In this document: positions 24,250 to 37,529 of the stretch, one piece after another
Position numbering within the stretch: the stretch's first letter is position 1
How the letters are laid out: the number at the start of each line of letters is the position of its first letter
Assembly (NCBI RefSeq): GCF_004010195.1
Contig: NC_057749.1
Location: forward strand, 9,177,070-9,241,069
Length of the DNA: 64,000 bases
Source: Chiloscyllium plagiosum
Taxonomy: Eukaryota
Direction: 5' to 3'
Translations under genes and position numbers: made by a program
Notes under the pieces: generated by a model
Told to the model about the DNA's origin: nothing
What the model saw: only the letters and a program-made list of their open reading frames with translations
Database searches by the model: none

Positions 24250-26170
24250 TATTTAAACAGCATGAAACATCACAGAGCCCTAACAGTACAGAAGTCAATG
24301 GAAATAGGGGGAACTCTCTCTACTAGTTGGAATCACAGTTAGCACAAAGGAAGATCATTGTAGTCACTGGAGGTCAGTCATCTCAGCAGTAGTTCAAAGC
24401 AGCATCCTAAGCCCAAGCATCTTCAACTGCTTCATTGAACTTCCATCTGTTATAAGATCAGACATGGGGGGATTCACTGACAATTGCTTAATATTCAATA
24501 TCACCAGCAACTCTTCAGATACAAAAGCAATCCACATCCAAGTTCAACAAAATTATGACAATATCCAGGTTTGGGCTGACAAGTGGCAAGTAGGATTTAG
24601 GCCACACAAGAGCCAGACAATTATTGTAATTATTGTATCAAACAGGAAAATACGACTTCGGCCTTTGACATTGAACTACATTACAATAGCTGAATTGCCC
24701 CACTAACAGCATGCTGGGTGGGGGGGGAAGGGGGAGGAGAGAGAGAGAGAGAGCGCGAGCGCGAGAGAGCGCGAGCGCGAGAGAGAGAGAGCGCGAGAGA
24801 GAGAGAGCGCGAGAGAGAGAGAGCGCGAGAGCGCGAGAGCGAGAGAGCGCGAGAGCGCGAGAGCGCGAGAGAGAGAGAGCGCGAGAGAGAGAGAGCGCGA
24901 GAGAGAGAGAGCGCGAGAGAGAGAGAGCGCGAGAGAGAGAGAGCGCGAGAGAGAGAGAGCGCGAGAGAGAGAGAGCGCGAGAGAGAGAGAGCGCGAGAGA
25001 GAGAGAGCGCGAGAGAGAGAGAGCGCGAGAGAGAGAGAGCGCGAGAGAGAGAGAGCGCGAGAGAGAGAGAGCGCGAGAGAGAGAGAGCGCGAGAGAGAGA
25101 GAGCGCGAGAGAGAGAGAGCGCGAGAGAGAGAGAGCGCGAGAGAGAGAGAGCGCGAGAGAGAGAGAGCGCGAGAGAGAGAGAGCGCGAGAGAGAGAGAGC
25201 GCGAGAGAGAGAGAGCGCGAGAGAGAGAGAGCGCGAGAGAGAGAGAGCGCGAGAGAGAGAGAGCGCGAGAGAGAGAGAGCGCGAGAGAGAGAGAGCGCGA
25301 GAGAGAGAGAGCGCGAGAGAGAGAGAGCGCGAGAGAGAGAGAGCGCGAGAGAGAGAGAGCGCGAGAGAGAGAGAGCGCGAGAGAGAGCGCGAGAGAGGGA
25401 GAGCGCGAGAGAGAGAGCGCGAGAGAGAGAGCGCGAGAGAGAGAGCGCGAGAGAGCGCGAGAGAGCGCGAGAGAGCGCGAGAGAGCGCGAGAGCGCGAGA
25501 GCGAGAGCGCGCGAGAGCGAGAGGGACAGCGAGAGAGAGAGCGAGAGAGAGAGAGCGAGCGAGCGAGAGAGAGATAGAAGGAGGTTACATTGACCAGAAA
25601 CTGTATTAGACTAGCCATATAAGTACTTTGGCTACAAGAGCAAATCACGGGTTAGAAATTCTGGACTCACTCACCTCCTGATTCCTCGAAGACTGTCCAC
25701 CATCTACATGGCACAAATCAGATAAGTGATAGAATAGCCCCCCATTTGCCTGGATGAGTGCTTTGCCAAAACTCAAGGCATGTGACATCATCTAAAACAA
25801 AGCAGACAGCTTGACTGGCCTCCCACATTCATTTACTTCAGCAGACAATGGCAGCAGTGTGTACCATCCACAAGATGCACTACAATAACTCAAAACTCCT
25901 TCAACAGTACCGTCCAAACCTCAACCACCTATAATAGGGCAGCAGATACATGGGAACTCTTCCAGCTGCTAGATCCTGTCCACATCACACTCCATCTTGT
26001 CTTGGAAGTACATTGTTATTCTGGAACTCTCTTTAGAGAGAAGCTCTCTCTAATAACAGCACTGTGGATGTCTGCACACCACGTGGACTAAAGGAGTTCA
26101 CAAATGTTAGGTCACCATATCTTCTCAATGGAGAAGATAATGTTGGCCTAGATACCAATGCTCACATTAC
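24250..26170 (+). mobile_element. Old LINE (CR1/L2-related) RT and 3' end, split by a microsatellite
   Basis: MGGFTDNCLIF (FADD equivalent) and NIQVWADKWQVGFRPHK motifs. Confidence 0.7.
24737..25573. repeat. ~840 bp compound satellite, mostly (GCGCGAGAGAGAGA)n with a 14 bp unit
   Basis: Read directly. The core is homogeneous and the edges are degenerate. Confidence 0.98.
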
Positions 26171-26319
26171 ATGAATGAATCATTGAAATAAAAGAAGTAA
26201 ATTTTCAAACCAAAGCAAACCACCACAGATTGTAAAGTCTCAAACTTCTGAGAAAAAGGGGTGGGAGAATGGTGAGACGGAAGGAGGATTTCATGTAAAA
26301 GGAAGTTTAAAGGCACTTT

Positions 26320-26900
26320 ATATTTTTTCACAAGATGTGAACATCACTGGCTAGGACAGCATTTATTGATCATCCTTATAATCACCCTTTAAAGAGTGGT
26401 GGTGAGCTGTCTTTTTGAACAGCTGCAGTTCATCCAGCATTATGAAAGCAATCTCAGGATTTTGATCCAGCAATGGCAAAGGAAAGGCAATGTAGTTCCA
26501 ACTCAGGACAGAGAATGGCTCAAAATAACTTGGCTGTGATGATGTCTCCATGTATTTGCTGCCCCTATCCTTCTAGGTAGTAGAGAGGTTGCAGGTTTGG
26601 AAGTACTATCAAAAGAGCTTTTGAGAGTTTTTACACAACCTCTCATACACTGCTGGCACTGTGTATCAGTGGTGGAGCAAGTGAATGTTCAAAGTGGTGG
26701 TGAATGAGATGCCAATCAGGATTGCCTTGTCTTGTACAATGTTGAGAGACTTGAATGATATCAGGGCTTGTAACATCCTAGCAAATAGAGCATATTCCAT
26801 TGCAATCTTAGTATATCACTTGCAGATGACTACTAGGCTTCAGGAAGTCACAGTGAGTTATTTGTCGCAGAACTTTCAGCTTCTCACCTCTTGTATTTAC
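26320..26900 (-). mobile_element. Old LINE 3' fragment, same family as 24250-26170 but inverted
   Basis: gctgcccctatccttctaggt...gcaggtttggaagtact is a diverged reverse complement of the segment near 25900-25950. Confidence 0.55.
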
Positions 26901-27029
26901 ACTGGCCCAGCCCAACTCAAATAGTATATTCAAATAACCAGCACAGGAAAGCTGAAGGGAGGTGCATAATTATCCTTTTCTCTTTGCTTTGTGATGTTGC
27001 TGCTGCAAACTGGGTAATCCTGGCTGATG

Positions 27030-27310
27030 CTTTGAGGAAATGGGTTTGAATCCCACCGTGACACCCAGTCATATTTAGAGCTCTATGAATAAAAACTAGG
27101 ATGAAACATAATCTCAGTACTGGTGACCCTGAAACTATCCCGGCTGGTCATAAAGATCCATCCAGTTCACTACTATCCTTCAGGAAAGGGAATCTGCCGT
27201 CATTACCTGGTCTGGACTAGATGTGGCTCCACACCCAGATCAATGATGTTAACAGTTAATTGCCCTTCAAATGGCCTGGTAAGTCACTCAAGGCAGTCAG
27301 GGATTGACAA
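27030..27310 (+). mobile_element. SINE-like repeat (further copies at ~28800-28960 and ~30830-31120)
   Basis: The motif ccttcaggga(a)ggaa(t)ctgcc...ctggcct...gactccagaccc recurs at three places in the window. Confidence 0.65.
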
Positions 27311-27581
27311 AAACTCACCCTCATTTCAAGAATATCACAGTGGCTCAAGTGTGTATTTCAGACTAATTCTCATTAGGTAGAGACTCACTAAAACTGCTTA
27401 TCCCAAATGAATGCAGGAATTGAAGTTTGCTGCTACCACTAGAAACTCAAACCAACAGTGAAAGGGAAGGTCCATTTTTCCCAACAAGCATAGAAGTTTC
27501 TTGCTAAGACAAACTGACTGGATACAAAACAAAATGCGCATTAAAAAGAATGACAGCACTTTCCATAAGCCCTAGAGGTAC

Positions 27582-27735
27582 CTGTTAGGTCCCCCAAGCA
27601 GTGTGAGTGTCATTTGGCTCGCACACACTCCAGCCATTTCCAGTCTGCGCTCCAGTGACAGGCCATGCCTTTCAGCAGTAGCCAGCAACTTCTTATGCAA
27701 GTCATAAGAAATACTGGGGACAACCAATCCTGAAT
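27582..27735 (-). CDS. EDC3: EDC3 third-from-last coding exon (154 nt), start of YjeF-N domain
   Basis: Translates (D)SGLVVPSISYDLHKKLLATAERHGLSLERRLEMAGVCASQMTLTLLGGPNR, recognisable as vertebrate EDC3. Acceptor tttccag|AT, donor AACAG|gtacct. Ends in phase 2, matching the next exon. Confidence 0.95.
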
Positions 27736-27894
27736 CTGGAAAACAAGCAAAAACAAGGTAATTGCAACATGTAATAAACATCACTACATTCCCCTAAACA
27801 TCTTGGCAGTAGAAAGACAAATTTCAAATCATACTTTAAACGGTTAGAGAATTTGAATTTTTCATTTAAAATGTCAATGGAAGTAACCATTTCA

Positions 27895-28760
27895 ATATAT
27901 AATAGGTGCAGGAGTAGGCCATTCGGCCCGTCGTGCCAGCACCACCATTATGTTCATAGATGATCATAATGTTGGCCTAGATACCAATACTCATTACATG
28001 AATGAATCATTGAAATAAAAGTAGTAAATTTTCAAACCAAAGCAGACCACCACTGATTGTAAAAATTTCAAACTTCCATCTGAGAAAAAGGGTGGGAGAA
28101 TAGTGAGAGAAAAGGAGGATTTCATGTGTCCTGTTCCTGCCTTATCCCCATAACCCTTGATTTCACTATCTTTAAGAGCTGTATGCATCTCTTTCTTGAA
28201 AGTATCCAGAGACTTGGCCACCACTTCCTTCTGGGGCAGAGTATTCCATATATCCACCACTCTCTGAATGAAGAGGATTCTCCTCAACTCTGTTCTAAAT
28301 GGCCTACCCCTCATGTTTAAGCTGTGTCCTCTGGTTCGGGACTCACCCATCAGCGGAAACATGCTTCTTGCCTCCAGAGTGTCCAATCCTTTAATAATCT
28401 TATACGCCTCAATCAGATCCCCTCTCATCCTTCTAAACTCAAGCAGATACAAGCCCAGTCGCTCCAATCTTTCAACATATGATAGTCTCACCATTCTGGG
28501 AATTGACCTTGCAAACATACGCTGCACTCCCTCAATAGCCAGAATGCCCTTCCCCAAATTTGGAGACCAAAACTGCACACAATACTCTAGGTGTGGTCTC
28601 ATCAGGGCCCTGTACAGCTGCAGAAGGACCTCTTTGCTCCTATACTCAATTCCTCTTGTTATGTAGTCCAGCATGCCATTAGCTTTCTTCACTGTCTGCT
28701 GTACCTGCATGCTTGTTTTCATTGACTGCTGTACAAGAGCACCTAGATCTTTATGAACAC
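27895..28760 (-). mobile_element. CR1-clade LINE 3' portion with a foreign insert at 27966-28127
   Basis: ORF 27994-28821 contains [19 protein letters not shown] and FIQRVVDIWNTLP. Confidence 0.93.
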
Positions 28761-31121
28761 CTCGATTTTGAAAGACTCTTAAAAATCTACCTGCTCCAGC
28801 AATAACTTTCAGGGAAGACAATCTGCTATCCGTACTTAGTCTGGCCTACGTGTGACTCCAGACCTACTGCAATGTGGTTTCAAATGCCCTTTGAAATGGC
28901 CAATCAAACCACTCAAGTCTTAACTAGGGGTAGATGGGGAATTCCAACCTTGTCAGCATTGCCCATGTTTTAAAAAGGATCCTGCACGACAATGTCTGCA
29001 AATATTCACGCTTCTGCAAAGTTTCTTCAAGTCGTGCCCATCAGTTCAAAACAATCCATTAACTGGTGTTCCAATTGTTACTTAATGCGAAGAAATCTTC
29101 TGAAATTGCAAATGGGCAAGATACCAAAATACAAAAAATACTTCACATCGGTCTCAAGCAAGACTCACTCATAACGCAAGGTGAAAAGAATCAAAGATAT
29201 GGTTGAGTATTAAGCTTACTTCAGTGCCAATTGAGCTGCATCTGATGTATTGAGGGCCATTGATTACTGGAGCACTTTGTGGTTTGCAAAATTAACTGGG
29301 CATGGTCAAGTCCAGAACCAATGGGCTCATCAGAATTCAAGCTTTATAAAAGCAGTTAGCCAACATTAGTTTCATCCAGGCATGTTACAATACAGTGAAA
29401 TGTAAGTACAATGAACTCCTGCCCAAATTTATCATTTGGGCAGATAATCAATGGGGACTAACCATTTCCACCGGTTTCATATATATGTGGGAAAAATAAA
29501 CGTGTGTGTAGCACCTCTACTTGCATTAACTGCACAATACAAGTATTTAAAAGTTGTTTGACGTTTGACATATCACTTGAAATTGCAACAGTTCCATGAA
29601 CAGCTGCATGCAATGAAACCAGGCATAGTTTTTTGGAATGCAGAAAAAAATGCTGATATAATTGTAGAACCGAGTGAGGCACTAGGGAATCCTGGCAATT
29701 TAAATTGAAGCCAAATGCAGCATAAGCTAAGTCGAGAATTGGAAATACTGGGGAGCAGATACAAACTGTTACACTTTTGATAGAACTTTCTTGTCGAAAC
29801 ATTTTTTCAAAGAAACTCCATGATATAAAAGGTAGAGTCTGGGATACATGCCTATAGTTCATAGCTGTAGAAATACACATGAACTACACCAGAAAAGCAG
29901 GAGAAAGAATGGATCACAGGACTTTTTTTTGGTGAGGTAGCTGGTGTGGAAGCAAGTCGCCAGTCAGCACCTTTGGCTGAACAGCAATTGTTTCACGGGT
30001 TGACGCAAGAGGAAATCTAATTCCAAAAAGGAATTACAGGGAATTAAATTGAAAAAAAACCCGCGCTGTTGGAATACATTACTGAAACATATCCAAAATG
30101 AAAATACTTTACAGAAATGGCCCACTGTGGAGCCTGCCACCCCCGTAATGATGTGGAGACCGCCAGCATAGTTTTCCGAAACCTCAGATTCAATGTTAAA
30201 TTTTATTGGTTATGTCAGCCCTTTGCAATGGATAAAAAGTGATGAGTTTCTAATTATGTTTCACTGTCATAAAGAGCATTCCTTGGGAATTTGCTGCACT
30301 AAATTTGAGAAATTTACAGAAAGGAATGCTTAATTCCCAAAACTAAACCTGACTTTTGTTTCCTTCTTACCTAAAACAGGAATGGAGGGAGGAATCATAC
30401 ACAATTGCTTTTAAGAAAACTAAATTTTACCAACACTCAAAACCTTTAAAAAGCTAACAGTTGCAACAGCATGCCACATTTTTGAATGACTGGATATCTC
30501 AGATATGACAGAAGGCACCTATTTCAAAAGTAAAATTCTAAGCTCATAACCGTACCTTTGTATTTCGTATGTAACTTCCACTTTAACTGAAGGGGCAAGA
30601 TATTAAGTGTGAAGGTAAAGTCACCATAGTACCAGAAGACCACAAGGCTGGTCTCCGATGAGAAGACAGAGTTTCACTGAAGAGCTTTCACACCCCAGGC
30701 AAAGGGTGAGGTTGAGAAGATGGGACCTTCAGGATAACTTCAGCATGTGAATTGAACTGCAAACACACAATCCAGTTAACTGAGCGAATCGACCTCTAGG
30801 AAGAAGGTATCAGGGTTGTGGAAAAGTCATTGATCTAGTAATCCAGAGACCCAGACTAATGGTCTGCGAACACCAATTCAAATCGCATCACGAGTGCTGG
30901 TAGAATTCAACTTCAAATAATAAAGAATTTGAATTGAAAGCTAGCATTAATAATGGCAACCATGGAATATCCAATTGTAAAATGCCATCTGGGTTTGCTA
31001 ATATCCTTCAGGGAAGGAAGTTGCCATCCTTACAAGATTTGGCCTAAATGTAACTCCAGATCCGCAGCAATGTGACTGGTTCCCAACCACCTCTGAATTG
31101 GCCAAGCAGGATACACTAAGT

Positions 31122-32490
31122 CAAAGAGTCACATACAGCATGGAAACAGGCCCTTCGGGCCAACTCACCCATACCGACCAGATTTTCCAAACTAATCTAG
31201 CCCCATTTGCCAGCACTTGACCCATATCTCTCCAAAACCTTCCTATTCATGTATCCATCCAGATGCCTTTTAAATGTTGCAAATGAGCCAGCCACCACCA
31301 CGTCCTCTGGCAGCACATTCCATACACCCACCACGCTATGTGAAAATGTTGTCCCTTAGGTCCCTTTTATATCTTTCCCCTCTCACCTTAAACTTTTGCC
31401 TTTTAGTTCTAGACTCCCCCACCCCAGGGAAAAGACTATGTCTATTTACCCTATCCATGCCCCTCATGATTGTATAAACCTCAGAGGTCACCTTTCAGCC
31501 TCAGACACTCCAGGGAAAACAGCCCCAGCCTCTTCCGATAACTTAAATCCTCCAACCCTGGCAACATCCTTGTAAATCTTTTCTGAACCCTTTCAAGTTT
31601 CACAACATCCTTCCAGTAGGATGGAGACCAGAACTACACATAATATTCCAAAAGTGGCCTAACTAATGTCCTGTACAGCCACAGTATGACCTCCCAACTC
31701 CTGTACTCAATACTCTGACCAATAAAGGAAAGCATGTCAAACACCACCTTCACTATCCTATTTACCTGCGACTCTACATTCAAGGAGCTATGAAACTGCA
31801 CTCCAAGGTCTCTTTGTTCAGCAACATTCCCCAGGACCTTAGCATTAAGTGTATAAGTCCTGCTAAGATTTGCTTTTCCAAAGTGCAGCACCTTGCATTT
31901 ATCTAAATTAAACTCCATCTGCCACGTCTCAGCCCATTGACCCATCTGATCAGGATCACATTGTAGTCTGACGTAACCTTCTTTAATGTCCACTGCACCC
32001 TCAATGTTGGTGTCATCTGCAAACTTACTAACTATACCTCTTATGTATACATTGAAATCATTTATATAAATAACAAAAAAATGGTGGACCTAGCACCAAT
32101 CCTTGTGGCACTCCACTGGTCACAGGCCTCCAGTCTGAAAAACAACCCTCCACTACCACCCTCTGTCTTCTATCTTTGAGCCAGTTCTGTATCCAAATGG
32201 CTAGTTCTCACTGTATTCCATGAGATCTACCTCGCTAACCAGTCTACCACAGGGAACCTTGTTGAAGGCTTTACTGAAGTCCATATACATTACATCCACT
32301 GCTCTGCCTCATCAATCCTCTCTGTTAGTTCTTCAAACAAATATCAAGCTTGTGAGACATGATTTCCCATGCACAAAGCCATGTTGACTATCACTAATCA
32401 GTCCTGGCCTTTCCAAATACATGTTCATGTCAGGATTCCCTCCAACAACTTGCCCACCACCGACTTGCTCACCGATCTATAGTTCCTTGG
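31122..32490 (-). mobile_element. CR1-clade LINE, 5' truncated
   Basis: VVGKLLEGIL, KFADDT and WQMEFNLDKCKVLHFG motifs plus 3' tail. Confidence 0.93.
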
Positions 32491-32781
32491 CTTGTCAGAG
32501 TGACACTCAATGCAAATAAGATGGAAAACAAACATTGATTTTGCCAGTGATCCTCTCGCCCCATGAAACAAGAAAAATCTTAGGATGCTCCCTTTTTGTG
32601 GCAAAGTATAAAAACACCATAAAAATTCAGTATGGCCTGAACACAAACTGATTGAAGTTCCATAGCCCAAAACATTATTCATTTGCCCAGTCAAAAAAAA
32701 AGAAGGTAGCATGGAATTGGGAATATAATTAAATTGATATGTCCTATTTACAAGTATCATGTGTTAGAAGTAATGATATTT

Positions 32782-33684
32782 TCACCACCTACAAGTGAAC
32801 CCCACCACCAGGAATATATTTCCCTCCCTGCCCGTATCCACTTTCCGCAAAGTCCATTCCCTCAGTGACTCTGTGGTCAGGTCCACACCCCCCAACAACC
32901 CGCCCTCCCCTCCTGGCACCTTGCCCTGCCACCTCAGGAATTGCAAAACCTGCACCCACACCTTCCCCGTCACCTCCATCAAAGGCCCCAAAGGAGCCTT
33001 CCATATCCATCAAAGTTTCACCTGCACTCCCACAAACGACATTTACTGCATCTGTTGCTCCCTATGCAGCCTCCTTTACACTGGGGAGACTGGATGCCTT
33101 CTCACAAAGCGCTTCAGGGAACATCTCCGGGACACCCTCACCAATCAACCTCACCACCCCATGGCAAATCATTTCAATTACACCTCCCACTCTGCCGAGG
33201 ACATGCAGGTTCTGGGCCTCCTCCGCTGCCACTCTCTCACCACCTAAAGCCTGGAGGAAGAATGCCTCATCTTCCACCTCGGTACCCTTCAACCCCAGGG
33301 CATCAATGTGGACTTCACCAGTTTCATCATTTCTCCTCCCTCCACCTTACCCCAGTTCCAAACTTCCAGTTCAGCACCATCCTCATGACCTGTCCCACCT
33401 GTCAAATCTTCCTTCCCACCTACCCACTTCACCCTCTTCTCCTACCTATCACCTTTACCCCTTCCTCCATTCACCTACTGCACTCTCAACTACCTTCTCC
33501 TCAGCCTCACCCCCACCCATTGAATGTTTCTACCCCCAAGGATCCCAGCCTCATTCCTGATGAAGGGCCCGCGCCCGTAACGTCGATTTTCCTGCTCTTC
33601 GGACGCTGCCTGACCTGCTGTGCTTTTCCAGCACCATTCTAATCTTGACTCTAATCTCCAACATCTGCAGTGCTCACTTTCCCC
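32782..33684 (+). mobile_element. PLE 3' part: GIY-YIG endonuclease, pLTR and tail
   Basis: CKTC...IYCICCSLCSLLYTGETGCLLTKRFREH is a PLE GIY-YIG domain. A premature stop follows. Hammerhead motif in the pLTR. Confidence 0.92.
33553..33588 (+). ncRNA. Minimal type I hammerhead motif, mutated (GUAA in place of GAAA)
   Basis: CTGATGA-a-gggc-ccgc-gccc-GTAAC-GTC. Confidence 0.65.
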
Positions 33685-35653
33685 TATGTAGTAGGGGTAG
33701 CTTTATGTCATTTTTAAAAATACTTGCAGTAAAGGCTATGAGCTTATTAAATACTCAAAACTATTCGCGCTTTGGAGATTAAAATCTCAGTGCACTAGCT
33801 GGAATTTTTATTTAAAATCTTTTACCCAAGGTCCGATTTCCTGCCATCCTACTAAATGCATTGATTCCTTAACAAGAAAGATGGAGGCACACTATCACAA
33901 TCATATACTCCTCCAGAATTCGATCTGGATCTGCAAATCTAGTCAATAATGTATCCGGGTACTGAACTGTGGAAGACGACATTATAGCAATCACAATCTT
34001 GTCCATAACCTATCAGAGTACATATCGAATCCCCTACCAATGCAGGCTGCAACTCTAACATCCCCGACACCTGTTCCACCTGAAAAGAGGAAGCAAATGT
34101 TCCTGATCTGATGGGCTCATCCCTCAGTTTTAAGTAGCTACAAGAGTGGGCAAGTTACAGTTTATTCATTCAACTGAACTTATAAGCAATAATCAATAAT
34201 ACTCAAGGCAGCTTTTGAAGAACTTTTTGAAGGTTATGCTTTGATGTGACAGCCAACCAAAACGATTAACTTCAAATAGCATGAATCCCCTTCAAGTCCC
34301 TGATGCTTTAATTTAATTTCTCCCTGGACATACTTTGCCATAGCAACTTGTACTTTCCAACAGTTCCGGTATTTGCAAAAGTAACCCAAGAGATGATAGT
34401 AGTCACTTAAAGAGCATTAAGCCTTCAGGGATCGAAACAGTCTGATGGCTCCTGATACACATACTTAAATACAACAAAAAATGTGTTGGTCAGTCAGGTG
34501 TATTTCTGTTGTTTGCCGCAGCCTGCTTGCACGCCACTGGAGAAATTCTGAACATGCAGCTCAAACTCAGCACATACCAATTACATAGCAACAAAACGAA
34601 AAGAATGAGGAAACTGCTACAGTTTATTTAAGTCTAAAATACACCGTTTGTAAACTATGGGTTGCCAAGAAACAGTGATACTTAACACGCAACGAATTGG
34701 CACAGATGCTTTCCCTTCAGAAAAAGGAATAATATTTTTGAAGGCTCCTGTCACACAAATGTAGCCCACCACAAGATAGAGATCTGTAAAGTGGAGACTA
34801 CGTGGTTATAATCAATTACATTAAAACAATGACACTTGGCACTTTGTGACAAAGTGGACCTTCTATCAGCTCTGGAACCAGAGCTTTCATGCTCTAGAGA
34901 AACAGAAAACTTCAGGAATCAATCTGATATGCTACAAATTCAGAAATAAAATATATGCCCCTTATATCCAACTAAGCAGGACATGCTCAGTTACCTCCAA
35001 ATTTAAAAATAATTTACAAATAATTTATAATCTGGAGAACATAAGTGTGCAAATCATAATCCTGAGAGCACTTGTGGGTGAACTACCATGGCTGAATTTC
35101 AGAGCTCAGGTACTTGTATTGGTTTGAAAGCAATGACCATTTTGTTTTAACTTTCCCTGCTCATTAAGAACAGCCCAATCAGAAAAATTAACAATGAACC
35201 TTAAGTGCAAACATAGTTAATGCTGGCAACTGTAATAATCTTACACATCACAATACATAATATTAAATTCTGCAACAAAATGAATTAGTGGTGCCAACAA
35301 GTATAATATATCATTTTATTATGGACACAGCCTCTTTGCAGGTTCTAAACAATGGATACTGGCCAGATATTAAACAAAGCAAATCGCGCCACATCTAAAC
35401 TTGTGTGCCATAAGAAACACTTAGTAAAACAATACATCGGCTGTTGAATAGATCAAAGCTTCCCACTGCACTTGGCAAAAATCTTGATATGTGGTACAAT
35501 GCAACCTAGCAATCGCTTTGAAACATGACAAGACTGCACCGGAGCAACAAACAACAAAAGAAAATTAGTTGAAAACATACATTTCCTGAAGCATATATAG
35601 AATCATAGAGATGTACAGCATGGAATCCTAAGAAGGAGGAAGAACGATATTAG

Positions 35654-37529
35654 TGTAGTCATTGTAAGGAGGTCAGCCAGGTGGACGTCATAGGAGATGA
35701 GTTCAGTGCTTGGAGATGTTAATCGGGTCTGATCAGGGAGCCCTGGCTGGCAGATAAGAACAGGGGTGTCAGACATTCTGTCCGAGGGATCCAGATCAGT
35801 CTCACCTATAGCTTCAGGCAAAATTCAGTGATGGACTCTAACATGAAGTACATATAATTAGAAGCTGGAACATTATCCAGGAGGTCAAGTAGCAAATGGA
35901 GATGCATTGATTGGTCTCCCACTGACAAAAACACCACTGGTAGTACTGCCACTGCAAGAGTCTGTAATGGCTTTACATTTTCTGGACACCCTTCCAGTTA
36001 CAGCTGACAATATCAGACTTTGGACGCAGAACGATCTGGTGCTGGCAAAACAAACAGCTGGTGGTCATGGGGACTCCAACAGACTGTCACAACCAGAACT
36101 GAAGCCATTTTGGACCCAGAGAGACCAGATCACAGTAGAGGATGGCATAATACTATGGGGAGCAAGAGTGATTGTTCCAAGAAGTAATGTCTAGTGGCCG
36201 TGACTGGATGCAGACATAGCCACGTTGCTGGGGCAGTGTCCAGATTGCCAACAGGGATACAAATTATCACCAGCAACTCCCCCACGTTCTTGGGAATTAC
36301 CGGGTAAACCCCAGTCTTGGTTACACATCAACTATGCAGGTTCTCTCGTGGGGGCTTAATGCTCTTAGTCACTGTAGATGTCTACTCAAAGTGGCTGGAT
36401 GTGGATAGTGTTCATTTGTCAAACATGGGGACAACAGAAAAGTTGTTCACATCTTTTGCAATACACATTTTCCCAGAAGTGTCAATCACAGATAATGGGC
36501 CATCATTTACCAGCAGGGAATGAGTATTCCTGAAGTCGAATGGTATTCGTCATAGAAGGACAGGTACATACCATCCAACGTCCAATGGTCTGACAGAAAG
36601 AGCAATCCAAACTTTGAAGGCAGGCTTACAGTTTCACTAAATACCAAACAATCCTGGCTCCTATTTGATAACAGGACCATCCATGTAAACTACAGGGCTA
36701 GCTCTAGAGTTGCTAATGGGGAGAAGACTCCGCACCAGGTTAAGTCTGATCTCTCTGGACCAGGGGGCAGAGGCGAAATGGCATCAGGAACCCTAATGCC
36801 AGACTCAAGACTCTGCTAAGCAAGAGAAACAGCTCACTTCAGGGGACAAAATTTGGCGCGGCAATGAGAGGAATGACCCAGCATGGATAAGAGGCATGAT
36901 TGACACAAGGTCAGGTCCAGTTCTGGTTGGTGCGATGGTCCTGAGCAAGCACATGAACCATATGAAAGCTGTAAACGTGCAAACAGCGCAGGAGCAAAAT
37001 ATGTCCGGTTCGTCGACAGCCTTTCAGACTATTCCTGAACCTGTAGGTTCTCCCTTTCCATCACACTTTGAAGATACCTTGGAACCTGAGATGGACACTA
37101 TCGATGTCACTGTCTCGACACCGTTGTTGCCTGAAGAGGGGAATGAATTCCTTCAGAGACGCTCCAGGCATAAGTAGTAAGTTACTGTGTGTTACATGCT
37201 GCCCATATCAAAGGCAGAGTTGGAAGAACCTGACCCGGTGCAAATATGGCCCAGGAAGGGGTACAGAAACAAAAACCAGCCCATGCCCTTAAACTCAGAG
37301 GTGGAGGGATGGAGTGATTCTGTTAAGGTCAGCCTCAGAACAGAGATTCCCTGATTGGGCCAGATTAACAGCCCCAATCAGGGAACCGTGACCTACAAAT
37401 GGAAACAGGACTGAGAGACATTCCCTCAGCGAGCTGGCTCTAAGGGGGTTGGATCTGTGTCAAGGACTCTCCACATTTAGATACAGGGTGACTTGGTGCC
37501 AGGACACCTGCCTCTGTGGAGTTATTTCA
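35654..37529 (+). mobile_element. Degenerate, internally deleted Gypsy LTR retrotransposon
   Basis: Integrase remnants VDVYSKWLDV, ITDNGPSFTS and YHPTSNGLTERAIQT. Polypurine tract agaggtggaggga precedes a 3' LTR (37310-37529, TG...CA) whose start resembles 35654. No clear TSD. Confidence 0.88.

Noticed and set aside
24638..25648. 288-336 aa ORFs rich in RE/RA or SL/SR
   Set aside because: They are translations of the stop-free microsatellite, not genes.
32789..33642. Overlapping 231 and 233 aa proline-rich ORFs
   Set aside because: They are alternative frames of C-rich PLE DNA. Only the GIY-YIG frame is meaningful, and it is interrupted.
18304..34693. Isolated AHR xenobiotic response element cores (TAGCGTG at ~18304, CACGCAA at ~34687), tempting because EDC3 neighbours CYP1A genes in human
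   Set aside because: Single unclustered 7-mers are expected by chance, and CYP1A is not visible in this window.
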